A DNA stretch of 64,000 bases from Chloropicon primus (Eukaryota): the NCBI GenBank assembly GCA_023205875.1, contig CP060755.1:372001-436000 (forward strand), given 5' to 3'. Both the position numbers and the translations under genes were made by a program. This document shows positions 55,421 through 64,000 of this stretch, one piece after another. How positions within the stretch are numbered: the first letter of the stretch is position 1; each line of letters starts with the position of its first letter. The notes beneath the pieces were generated by a model. That model ran no database searches, had not been told where the DNA came from, and saw only the letters and a program-made list of their open reading frames with translations.

Positions 55421-57958
55421 TCAGCCCTTCCAGGACTGAGACCAGATCTGCTGCACGAGCTCCTCGGGGGTTACCAAGCCGTTTTTGTCGAGGTCAGCGT
55501 TCACGAACAAGTCGACGAGCTCCTCGGCGGTGGTGTGGAAGCCGATGAGTTTCATCGTCTCCTTGTGGGAGTGACTGTGCTCCTCCACCTCCTCGATCCG
55601 CACTGGTCCCCCCGAACCTTGGCTGGCAATCGTGTGAACCTGCCTGGCCAGATCCATGGACAAGCCGTAATGAATCATCTCCTTCCGAGCGAGCTCCGAC
55701 GTTTTCCTTGCCCTGTTCCTCTCCTCCGCGCTGAAAATGGAGGCCACAATGCCACCCGTCTCTGGAGGGGGGAGCACCTCTGCCTGTGGAGGCGAGACCG
55801 AACCGGCTCTGTAGGGTTCCTGGACCTTGTCTCCCTCTTCCTCCTCCTCTTCTGGTGCTGCTGCGCTTGGCTGGGTTCGAGGCGCCGCAGACTGCGGATC
55901 GGGGAGCGTTATCTTGAAATGGCCAGCCAAATCGCTTGCGACTTCGCCGTGCCCATTTTGTTGGAGCGACTGGAGCCAGTCCTGTATCTTTTCCTCTTCC
56001 TCTTCCTCTTTCTTCTTCGCGTCTTTTTCCTCGGCTTGCTCCTCGTCTGGCTCGGCGAAAAGAGGCTTGGGACCCTCGTCAGCGACCGGGGCGCTGGCCA
56101 AATCGTCTGGCAAGATGCTGGTTTCGGCAGCACCAGAATCGCCCGGCTGCTCCGAAACGTCTTTCTCGGGTGCTTCAACTTCCTCCACAGCTTTGGAATA
56201 CTGCTCGAAAACTTCCTCGGGGGTTGCTTCGAGACCCCCTTTGGCTTCCACGTCCGCTTCCGCGTTCATCTTCTCGATGATGTTGTCCACTATTTTCCCA
56301 GCGTAGGTATCTGTGTCGATCATGGGCAAATCCGTGGAACCGTTGTCGTCCCCTTCGGACGGATCCTCAACGCCAATGGTATCTTCGCCAGAGGTATCTT
56401 CGCCGTCGACTTGAGGGTCTTGCTCGCCTCCGACGCCAGGTTCGCCCGATTCTTCGTCTGCAGGCACGCTGTCTGTGTCCTGTGAAGCACCGCCTTCTGC
56501 TGTGTTCTCCTCTGCCTGAGGTGGCGCAGGGACCTCGGGGCCGTCTTCGTCTTGTGCCGCGTTCTCTTCTTCCTGGGGCGGCGCGGGAGGCTCGGCTGCA
56601 GGCACGCCACTGCCAGGTTCAGGGTCAGGTTCAGGGTCACTGGGGGTTTCGGCGACCGATTCGCCCGAATCACCTGCTGGCTCTGGCTCTGGGGCAGGCG
56701 TGTCTACAGGTAGGGGCAGCTTCCCTTGGGCGTCTTCCGTGCCGCTCTCCTCCTTGTTGGTCGCATCGGAAGTCGCCTCGTTCCCGCTGGGGTTGGGGTC
56801 GTCCTGCTGTGCTTCTTGGTCCCCAGAACCTTCTTGCGATCCTCCTTGTGCAGCCTGTTGGCTTTCCCCACCTTCGCTTACGGGGGAGAGATCCTCCCCT
56901 TCCCCTGCAAGAGGGGGCACGGCATCCACGGGAGATTCCTTTGCCTCGCTGGGGCTTGGCTCGCTGCGATCGCTCTCTGGCGCCGCGGGGGGCGCCTCCG
57001 CCTCGTCGTCGCTTGGATCCGTCCCCCCGGACTCTCCTTCCTCCTCCTCTTTCTCGGAAGGTTCATCGACCACCCGGTTTCCAAGCCTCGAGGTGCGGGA
57101 GGATTCCACCTCCTCCCTCCTCTCTCGCGCTTCCTCTTTGGCATCCTGGATGACGTTCTTGGCGATCTCGAAAGCCAGCGTCGAGGTTCTCGGGGTCGGC
57201 GCTACCTCCACCCGCGATCCCGTCGGCCTCGGAGAGACCGAAGGTGTGCTGCTTCCCGAGGTCGGGGCCTTCTGCACCGGATCCGCGGCCGGGGTCCCCG
57301 GGGCGAGTCGTTGCGGCCCCGTCGCAACGACGACGGCGACGGTCGGGGTGGAGATGACCACCGACGCGGCGTCCTCCTCCCCGGACGACGCTGTGGGAGA
57401 GAGCACCGAGGGAATCACCGGGGGTGGAGAGGAATTCACGTCAGGCTCGTACTTCCTCTTCTCCTCCTCTTCCTTCTCCTCGTCCCTTGCGTCCTTCTCC
57501 CTCTCCTTGTCGTCCTTTTGTGGTGGCGATTCCACAGCCTCCTCCTCCTCGTCGGCTCGCGCGATCTCCTCCTTTTCCTCCTTTTCCTCCTCCTTTTCCT
57601 CCTCCTTTTCCTCCTCCTTTTCCGCTTCCTCCTCGGGGTCCACGGACCAAACTCTGAGCTTCCTGGGTTCTCCGGCCGCTCTCGGAGGCCCTCCCTCTCG
57701 CTTGTACTCGATGACAGGTCGATGCTCCAGCGCGCAGTCGTACAAGCCCTCCCCCTCCACGTCACAATTGTCCAGCACCGCCATCGTCCACGCACTCAGG
57801 TAGTGCAGGAGAACCTCCTCTCCCCCTTCCCGCCGCTCGCCGAGCAGCGTCCTCGTCGCACGCGTGCCCCGGCACCCCAGTCCCAGCAGAGCGACCCATA
57901 ACGCGACCCACACTGCGACAGTCACCCACCCCCTCCTCCTCCCCTCCGTCACCCTCAT
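55421..57958 (-). CDS. Secreted or anchored acidic low-complexity protein with a C-terminal EF-hand
   Basis: Signal-like WVTVAVWVALWVALLGLGC; E/D/P/S-rich body; DLDKNGLVTPEE loop. Confidence 0.75.
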   Translation of the reverse strand: MRVTEGRRRGWVTVAVWVALWVALLGLGCRGTRATRTLLGERREGGEEVLLHYLSAWTMAVLDNCDVEGEGLYDCALEHRPVIEYKREGGPPRAAGEPRKLRVWSVDPEEEAEKEEEKEEEKEEEKEEKEEIARADEEEEAVESPPQKDDKEREKDARDEEKEEEEKRKYEPDVNSSPPPVIPSVLSPTASSGEEDAASVVISTPTVAVVVATGPQRLAPGTPAADPVQKAPTSGSSTPSVSPRPTGSRVEVAPTPRTSTLAFEIAKNVIQDAKEEARERREEVESSRTSRLGNRVVDEPSEKEEEEGESGGTDPSDDEAEAPPAAPESDRSEPSPSEAKESPVDAVPPLAGEGEDLSPVSEGGESQQAAQGGSQEGSGDQEAQQDDPNPSGNEATSDATNKEESGTEDAQGKLPLPVDTPAPEPEPAGDSGESVAETPSDPEPDPEPGSGVPAAEPPAPPQEEENAAQDEDGPEVPAPPQAEENTAEGGASQDTDSVPADEESGEPGVGGEQDPQVDGEDTSGEDTIGVEDPSEGDDNGSTDLPMIDTDTYAGKIVDNIIEKMNAEADVEAKGGLEATPEEVFEQYSKAVEEVEAPEKDVSEQPGDSGAAETSILPDDLASAPVADEGPKPLFAEPDEEQAEEKDAKKKEEEEEEKIQDWLQSLQQNGHGEVASDLAGHFKITLPDPQSAAPRTQPSAAAPEEEEEEGDKVQEPYRAGSVSPPQAEVLPPPETGGIVASIFSAEERNRARKTSELARKEMIHYGLSMDLARQVHTIASQGSGGPVRIEEVEEHSHSHKETMKLIGFHTTAEELVDLFVNADLDKNGLVTPEELVQQIWSQSWKG

Positions 57959-58317
57959 CACGAAACCGACAACACCCTCCTTGCTTTCCCCCCTCCACTC
58001 CCTGAGGCAAACACCAACGACGACCGTGAAACCCGCACGCCGGTCGGGACGGGCGAGTCCGACGAGGCGACGACAAAGACTCTCCCTCCCCCTCTCCCTC
58101 TCCCTCTTCCTCTCCCTCTCTCTCGTCGCACAGGACACGACGATCCGATCGGACGATCGACCGCACCACCACGCTCGCTTGCAAAACGACCGGACCTTGA
58201 GGCCATTGGCGATTCTTCCCGCCTTTGAATTTGAGGTTCAGTTTTTCGAATGTAACGCACGCTTGAGCGTTACATTAGAGGAAGAGAGCGGGGCGGAGAG
58301 CGGAGAAGGGAGATTGG

Positions 58318-59451
58318 ATGAGGGACGAGGAGCTTTTGAGGACGGCCGAGGACCCGAACTTGGTGGTGTCGCTGTCGGACGAGGACTTGAGGAGGTTGGC
58401 GGTGCTCCGGGGTATGCGGTGCTCGAACCCGAGTGGCGTGCCGAGGCGGGAGCTCGTGGGGTTCGTCCTCGGGGGGTCTGGGTCTGGGTCTGCGGGGGGG
58501 GCTCGGCCCGAGCGGCCCCTCGGGCGTCCGGCCGGAGGGAGGAGGAAGGCCCTCCTGATCGGGATCAACTACAGGGGCACGCGGTCCGAGCTGGGGGGGT
58601 GCATCACCGACACGAGGTACATGAACTACTGCTTGTGCTCCAGGTTTCGCTTCGAGGCGGACCAGATCCTGATGCTGAACGAGGACCAGCGGAACCCGTA
58701 TCAGGTGCCGACGCACGACAACATCCTGAGGGCGATCGAGTGGCTCGTCTCCGGGTCGTCTCCGGGCGACTCCCTCGTCTTCATGTACTCCGGGCACGGC
58801 GATCAGGTCAGGGACAACACGGGCGAGGAGCTCGATGGGATGTGCGAGACGATCCTCCCCCTGGACCACCAGAGGGCGGGCCCCATTGTGGACAAGGAGC
58901 TTTACGTGCGGATGGTCGCCCCGCTAGGTCCGGGCGTGAGGCTCTTCGCCCTGTGCGATTCTTGCCACTCCGGAACAATTCTGGATCTTCCCTATGCCTT
59001 CGTGCCGGAGCTGAACCCCCGGGGGGGTTGGGGCCAGAGCCCGTGGCGGCCGGCCGCCAGGGTCTTCAAGGGCACCTCCGGCGGCGATGCCGTCTGCATC
59101 AGCGGCTGTCGGGACGACCAGACTTCGGCGGACACGAGGCAGCTCAGCGGCGGGCAGGCGACGACCGGGGCCATGCTCTACAGCTTCATCCAGTGCGTGG
59201 AGCACGGCAGGGCGCGGACCTACGGGGAGCTCATCACCTCGATGCGGCAGACGATCGACCACGCCTTGAAGCACGGGGTGAGCTGGGGAGCTCTCGCGAA
59301 CGCGGGGATCCAGAGCATGATCTTCGGTCCCCGCATAGGCATGGTGATGGCGGCGCCCTCCCTGGCGTCGGCCTTCACTGGGGGGAGCGTCCAGGTGCCT
59401 CAGCTCTCGTCCGCCAAGGAGTTCGACTTGAGGGCGCCTTTCGGCCTCTGA
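58318..59451 (+). CDS. Type I metacaspase
   Basis: KALLIGINY, YSGHG, DSCHSG dyad, SGCRDDQTSAD, PQLSS. Confidence 0.95.
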   Translation: MRDEELLRTAEDPNLVVSLSDEDLRRLAVLRGMRCSNPSGVPRRELVGFVLGGSGSGSAGGARPERPLGRPAGGRRKALLIGINYRGTRSELGGCITDTRYMNYCLCSRFRFEADQILMLNEDQRNPYQVPTHDNILRAIEWLVSGSSPGDSLVFMYSGHGDQVRDNTGEELDGMCETILPLDHQRAGPIVDKELYVRMVAPLGPGVRLFALCDSCHSGTILDLPYAFVPELNPRGGWGQSPWRPAARVFKGTSGGDAVCISGCRDDQTSADTRQLSGGQATTGAMLYSFIQCVEHGRARTYGELITSMRQTIDHALKHGVSWGALANAGIQSMIFGPRIGMVMAAPSLASAFTGGSVQVPQLSSAKEFDLRAPFGL

Positions 59452-59525
59452 GACAAGCAACTTGTGTTTTGCTTGGATTGTAGGATGTATAAAAATCTGT
59501 TAAAGTATTAGTTAGCGCTCCTTCT

Positions 59526-60867
59526 TCAAATGTCCAGAACAACCCGAGCTGGGTCCTCGACAACCTCCTTGATTCTCTTCAGAAAGGTGACGGCCTCTCT
59601 TCCGTCAATGAGCCTGTGATCGTAAGTCAGGGCGACGTACATCATTGGCCTCGCCTTGATCTCGCCGTCGACCACCATGGGCCTCATGTTCGTGGCATGC
59701 ATTCCCAAGACCGCGGACTGGGGGGGGTTGATAATCGGCGTGCTCAACAAACTTCCGAAGACCCCTCCGTTCGTGATGGTGAAGGTCCCCCCGGCCATCT
59801 CGTCGATGCTCATGGTTCCGTCCCTGGCCTTCTGTCCCAGCATGGAGATGGTCTTCTCGATGCCAGCGAACGACATCTTGTCCGCGTCTCTCAGCACGGG
59901 CACGACAAGTCCTTTCGGGGAGGCCACAGCGATGGAGATGTCCACGTAGTCCTTATAAACGATGTCATCCCCGTCGATCACGGCGTTCACCGCTGGAACC
60001 TTCTGCAGAGCATCGGCAGCGGCCTTGACGAAGGCGGACATGAACCCGAGCTTCACTCCGTGCTCCTCGATGAACTCGTCCTTGTACTTCTTCCTCAATG
60101 CCATCAGGTTGGTCATATCAATCTCGTTGAAGGTGGTGAGCATGGCGTAGGTGTTCTGGGCCCCCTTCAGCCTCTCGGAGATCCTCTTCCTCATTCTGGT
60201 GAGCTTGACCCTCCTCTCCCTCGGACCCGTGACGGGCGCGGCGGTCTGGGTGGTCGACTGGGCAGGTGGGGTTGGTGGTGCCGGAGCTGACTTTGCCTTT
60301 GGTGGCGGAGGCGGCGGGGGCGCGCTCGAAGCCGCCTCCACCTTGACCTCCTCTGCCTTCGGGGCCTCAGCCACGGGCTCCTCCGGCTCCGCGGCCGGGG
60401 CGGCGGACTCCGCGCCCGCCGCTCCGAGGTTGACCTTGGCCACTGCCTGCCCAACGACGACGGTGTCCTCCTCGGCGACGAGAATCTCCTCGATGACTCC
60501 AGCGCCCGGAGAGCGAATATCTATGGTCACCTTGTCTGTCTCGACCTGAACGACGACCTCGTCCTCGGCCACCGAATCGCCGGCCGCCTTCTCTATGGTC
60601 GCGATGCTGCCCTCGGTAATCGAGTCACCCATGGGAGGAACTTCGATGGTGGTCACGCTCGAGAACGCAGCGCTCGTCGACCGCAGCATGCCGTGCCTCG
60701 CGACCCAGGAGCTCGCCATCGCGCCTTGCGTTCCGAAGACCGCCTTCGCGGCACTCCTTCCCGCCTCCACATTCTTCGTCAACAGCCAACTTCCGAACAG
60801 CCTCACGCCTCCCTTTGCGCCCTCGGCCTCAAGCTGTTGTTCGTTCGTTCGTTCGGACACACACACG

Positions 60868-60906
<39 letters not shown>

Positions 60907-61216
60907 GAGAGAGAGGTGTGTTTCGTTCGCAGCAAGGGGAATGGAGTCGAAGGAAACGCAATCGCTTGTCAGTCGCTGAGAGAGGGAGACGCCGATAGAC
61001 CCCGCACTATGCTCCGTCTTGTGCTTATTCATGCACGCATATGCATATGCAAATTGCGAGGCTGGAAGGGGTTGTTGGTTTGGGTTTGGGTTCATTTTCG
61101 CTCGGCTCGTCCCCAGTCTGTGTTCTGTGGTCTCGCGCTCGCTCGCCACTCACCTTTTGGTTTTGAAGGCGTACCGCCCTGCCAATGACCTCCCTCGCAA
61201 GGCGTCCTCTCATCAT
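59526..61216 (-). CDS. DLST: 2-oxoglutarate dehydrogenase E2 (dihydrolipoamide succinyltransferase); exons 61216-61154 and 60833-59526
   Basis: Lipoyl [31 protein letters not shown]; exon 1 encodes the Arg-rich presequence [17 protein letters not shown]. Confidence 0.95.
60872..60902 (+). repeat. (AG)n tract, which is the polypyrimidine tract of the DLST intron on the minus strand
   Basis: Read directly. Confidence 0.9.
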
Positions 61217-61770
61217 GTCGGAGCCCCTACCCTTGTCCCGTCTTGGTCCTCCTCTCCTTTGCTGCGGTTGGCCTTCCCCTCCCTTTCACTTTTCGTCCTT
61301 TTTTTTTTTTTTTTTGAAAAGGTCTAGAAAGAGAGGAGAGAGAGAGAGCATAAATATCTCTTCTCTGGAGCTTGGTTGGGGCAACGGGCGACGGGGGAGG
61401 GCGATGGGGGATGTTGTCTTTCGCGACATTATGAGGTGGGTGGATGGATGGAAAGGTGAGTGGATGGATGGGATCGGGGATTCCAGGCAAGGCACGGGAA
61501 AATGTCTTGCCAGCAAGAGCTAGCAAGAGCTTGGCGATGGCGGTTGTGGACGGTTATGTCAGAGTTTTGCGTCGCAACACCACCGCGAGATGTGTTTGGA
61601 AGGGAAACATAAATACAAATATACAATCCATGGTGATACATGCCACGGCGGCGAGCAAAAGGCGAGGTCCTGGCTGCCCCGCGCGTTCTGAAGGGGAAAG
61701 AGGGCGTCGTCATCACGCGCTGGACCTCCTTGGTTACATCGTCTCCTCTTCGCTGTAAGTGTTCCGCTAG

Positions 61771-62355
61771 CTACTTGCCAAGCCTCTCCCTCCTCCTCCT
61801 GGCGATCTCCTCCGCCCACTTTCGGCCGGTCTCGGTCTTGAGCTTGCCCTCCACCGAGTCGAAGAACTCGGCGAGGTCCAGGTCGGCTTGCTGGTCCTCG
61901 TACTCCAACGCCTGGAGAATCATCTCGACCTTGTCGAGGTCCTTGAGCAGCTTGGCCTCCTCGGTCTCCCCGGCCTCGTACTCGTGCCAGAGCTCGGAAA
62001 GCTCCTCGGAGACCTCCCTGTCCCCGCCCAAGACCTCTGTCATGGACTCCAGGGCCTCGCGCTCCAACCGGTGCTTCTCCTCCTTGGGGACGTTGTCCGA
62101 GGGGGCGATGTCCCCCGCGATGGCCTCCGCGATGTCGTGCGCGATCGCCAGCTTGATGCACTTGTTTCTGTCGAGCTTGCCGCCGTCGTCCCCGGCGATC
62201 ATGGCCATCACGCTCATCCTGTACATGTGGTCCGCGATGCTCTCCGGGCCGCGAACTCCCTTGCGAACCCACCCGGTCCTCTTCGTGGCCTTCAAGTTTT
62301 GCAGAATCCGCAAGAAGTCGATCGCCCTCTTGGGCTCCACGCCGGGCTTCTTCAT
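61771..62355 (-). CDS. HDDC2: HD-domain 5'-deoxynucleotidase, HDDC2-like (a short upstream exon is possible)
   Basis: LKATKRTGW, ESIADHMYRM, AHDIAEAIAGDI, KDLDKVEMILQALEYE. Confidence 0.92.
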   Translation of the reverse strand: MKKPGVEPKRAIDFLRILQNLKATKRTGWVRKGVRGPESIADHMYRMSVMAMIAGDDGGKLDRNKCIKLAIAHDIAEAIAGDIAPSDNVPKEEKHRLEREALESMTEVLGGDREVSEELSELWHEYEAGETEEAKLLKDLDKVEMILQALEYEDQQADLDLAEFFDSVEGKLKTETGRKWAEEIARRRRERLGK

Positions 62356-62798
62356 CTTACCGCTTCCGATTGCGAGAGAGCAAGGACACCCCACAGGCGG
62401 CACTCGGTTCCCTCCCTCCCCGTCCTGTCAGAGAGAGAGACACACACACATAGAGAGAGATCAGAATTCAGTGCTCAAATCCTCAATACCTCGTCATTCC
62501 TTTCGAGCGAGAGGTCGTTGGAAAGCCCCCGAACAACAAGACGCATCCTTCACCCCCAACCCCCAACCTGTTCCTCCCCCCTCACTCGCGTACCTCGGTT
62601 CCCTCGTCTGTTCTTCGGTTCTTGGTTCCCTGGGTCGTCTGCCCTCCTGATTTTGATTGCACTGTTATTTGACCTTTACACTAGGTGTTCGAGAGAGATC
62701 TCATTGGTGGAGATCTGGAAAGATAAGACGAGCGGAGAGCGCGCGCGACGAGGAGAGAGGAGAGGAAGAGAGAGAGAGAGAGGAGAAGGAGAAGGAGT

Positions 62799-63727
62799 AT
62801 GCAGTGTTTGAGAGTGAAGTCCACCACCACCTCCAGGGTGGGACAAGCGGCGGCGTCCACCCGTAGGACGACCCAAGTTGTGAGGGCCCAGAGGACGAAC
62901 CAGGAAAACAAGGTGAGTGATGCGAGGCGAGGCCGTGGCGTGTGGAGAGGGAGGAGGAAGGGGAGGCTTCACGCGGACCCGTCGTCGTGATGGTCTCTCC
63001 CTCCCCCCTCTCTCTTTCTCGGGGGTGGCAAGTGTTCGGGGGACTGACTCTTCCCTCTTCCCTTCCCTCTTCTCTTCTGTTTCTGCTTGCTCGTCGTGCT
63101 TGTGTTTTCCCATGGCCTGGCCAGCCCCACCAGAACGAATGGGTGACCAAGGGGGCGAAGACCCTCGCCGCCGTGGCCCTCGCCGCGACGATTAGCGTTG
63201 CCAATGTCGAGGAGGCCCAGGCCAAGAAGGACATCTCGGGCTTGACGCCCTGCGCCAAATCCAAGCCTTACGCCAAGAGGCAGAAGCAGGAGATCAAGGC
63301 GCTGGAGAAGAGGCTCAAGAAGTACGAGGAGGGAAGCGCCGGCGAGGCGGCCATCAAGGACAGTATCAAAAAGACCAAGAAGCGCTTCAAGATGTACGGA
63401 GACACCGGCGTGCTCTGCGGCAAGGACGGGTACCCTCACCTCATCGCGGACCCCGGTTTCGCCTTGCAGTACGGCCACACGGGAGAGATCCTGGTGCCAA
63501 CCTTCGGGTTCGTCTACATCGCGGGCTTGATCGGGTACGCTGGAAGGACCTACCTCAACTCCCTCAAGGGGGACGCCAAGCCGCAGACCGGAGAGATCAT
63601 CATCGACGTCCCAAAGGCTTTGGACATGTTCTTGCAGGCCACGCTCTGGCCCGTCAAGACCTACACCGAGCTCAGGAACAACACGCTCTTGGCCGCCAAG
63701 GAGGACGTGACCGTCTCTCCAAGGTAA
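62799..63727 (+). CDS. PSAF: Photosystem I subunit F; exons 62799-62912 and 63125 (or 63134)-63727
   Basis: Bipartite transit peptide ending AQA; DISGLTPC, LCGKDGYPHLI, YIAGLIGYAGR, EIIIDVP, TVSPR. Confidence 0.96.
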
Positions 63728-64000
63728 GGTGAGAGCCGAACCGGGGTGGGCGGGCTTCGCCAGATTGGATTGAAATCGCCGCAGAAATTGTGGGAGTAAT
63801 GGGAACTTGGAGGGTTGCTCTCACAAGTAAACGCGCGGCATAAACGCTTCTTTCTTTGTTTCACAACAGATGGATTAGTATATACACTAAAAGAACAAAC
63901 ACCTAAACGAGCTCCTTGAGCACGACCCTTCTCTTGACGGCGTTGGTGACCCCCTCGTGGTACGTGTAAAGCATAGGGTAGGCAACCTCGCGGCAGATGG

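Noticed and set aside
57864..59483. 539-aa alternate-frame ORF over the metacaspase
   Set aside because: Arg/Gly/Pro-rich off-frame translation.

Overview
Gene-dense eukaryotic nuclear DNA from a compact-genome green alga, not a prokaryote. Evidence: short GT-AG introns with CTGAC/CTAAC branch points, TGTAA poly(A) signals of chlorophyte type, nuclear-encoded plastid proteins with transit peptides (Lhca, PsaF, GluTRBP, plastid biotin carboxylase), UVR8, and a histone H4 + H2B/H2A mini-cluster. A Chloropicon-like picoplankton alga is my guess (inference only). I can model about 40 protein-coding genes; several spliced ones are invisible or broken in the ORF track. I see no tRNA, rRNA, CRISPR or transposon. 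Strongest leads: (1) a homeodomain fused to two intact cyclic-nucleotide-binding domains, revealed only after removing an in-frame intron, which would be a candidate cNMP-gated transcription factor; (2) a candidate tricistronic locus (64-aa TM microprotein, DUF4536/DMAC1-like protein, SDR) with 43- and 38-nt spacers; (3) a PRMT10-like gene with three altered catalytic motifs, head-to-head with histone H4; (4) a membrane-anchored HxN-type 2OG-Fe(II)-like enzyme; (5) a promoter motif shared by all three histone genes, plus a histone-type 3' stem-loop on H4 only; (6) a hidden three-exon PP1-docking protein. Family names come from remembered motifs; no database search was run.
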